Part shown: in pieces, positions 63,570-64,000 of the stretch
Layout of the letters: each line of letters opens with the position of its first letter
Numbering within the stretch: position 1 is the stretch's first letter
Source: Heterodontus francisci
Lineage: Eukaryota
Length of the DNA: 64,000 bases
Reading direction: 5' to 3'
Assembly (NCBI RefSeq): GCF_036365525.1
Contig: NC_090404.1
Span: forward strand, 10,044,001-10,108,000
The notes under the pieces: model-generated
Databases searched by the model: none
What the model was told of the DNA's origin: nothing
What the model saw: the letters and a program-made list of their open reading frames with translations, nothing else
Program-made: the position numbers and the translations under genes

Positions 63570-64000
63570 ATAAAAACAAGAAATGCTGGAATCACTCAGC
63601 AGGTCTGGCAGCATCTGTGGAAAGAGAAGCAGAGTTAACGTTTCGGGTCAGTGACCCTTCTTCGGAACTGACAAATATTAGAAGAGATAACAAAGGAGAA
63701 GGTGTAGATTGGACCAGACCACATAGCTGACCAAAAGGTCACGGAGCAAAGGCAAACAATATGTTAATGGTGTGTTGAAAGACAAAGAATTACTACAGAT
63801 TAGGTGTAAATACACAGAATATTGAACAGCAGCAAGTGCAAACCTGAAAAAAAACAGTGGGTAAGCAAACTGAACAAACTAAGATGAAATGAAATAAATG
63901 CAAAAAAAAGATTGTAAAAAATGTAAAAAAGAATGTAAAAACAAGGAAGAAAAAATAACTAAAAATGAAAGTAAAATGGGGGGCTGTCATGCTCTGAAAT
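63570..64000 (-). mobile_element. Penelope-like element 3' end (pLTR) in the leader-V intron
   Basis: Reverse complement begins atttcagagcatgacagcccccc, matching the end of the ORF at about 58022; continues past the window edge. Confidence 0.85.
63633..63669 (-). ncRNA. Minimal hammerhead ribozyme motif (variant core)
   Basis: AGUU-CCGAAGA-A-GGGUC(ACU)GACCC-GAAAC-GUU-AACU. Confidence 0.65.

Overview
This is eukaryotic DNA, not prokaryotic. It is repeat-rich cartilaginous-fish (shark-like) sequence with five N gaps. About two thirds is decayed non-LTR retroelement: CR1/HER1-type LINEs, a second APE-RT LINE family (here 'family X'), L2, Penelope, and DeuSINE/HE1-type SINEs. The non-repeat core is an antigen-receptor V region. 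Four T-cell receptor alpha/delta-type V segments lie on the minus strand at 45.1-50.1 kb; three have clear leader exons, and the 23-bp-spacer RSSs range from perfect to decayed. All four lack the first canonical Cys. An immunoglobulin heavy-chain-type leader exon lies on the plus strand at 63.5 kb. A locus-specific module is duplicated in both orientations across the window: old SINE, CTCF motif, 27-bp satellite, then three exon-like blocks. Other notable items are a 150-bp LRIG3-like coding fragment patched antisense into a LINE, a minimal hammerhead ribozyme in a Penelope 3' end, a three-tier nested LINE, and a perfect 36-bp inverted duplication. No intact conventional protein-coding gene is evident. 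Family assignments come from recalled motifs, not database searches, and repeat boundaries are approximate.
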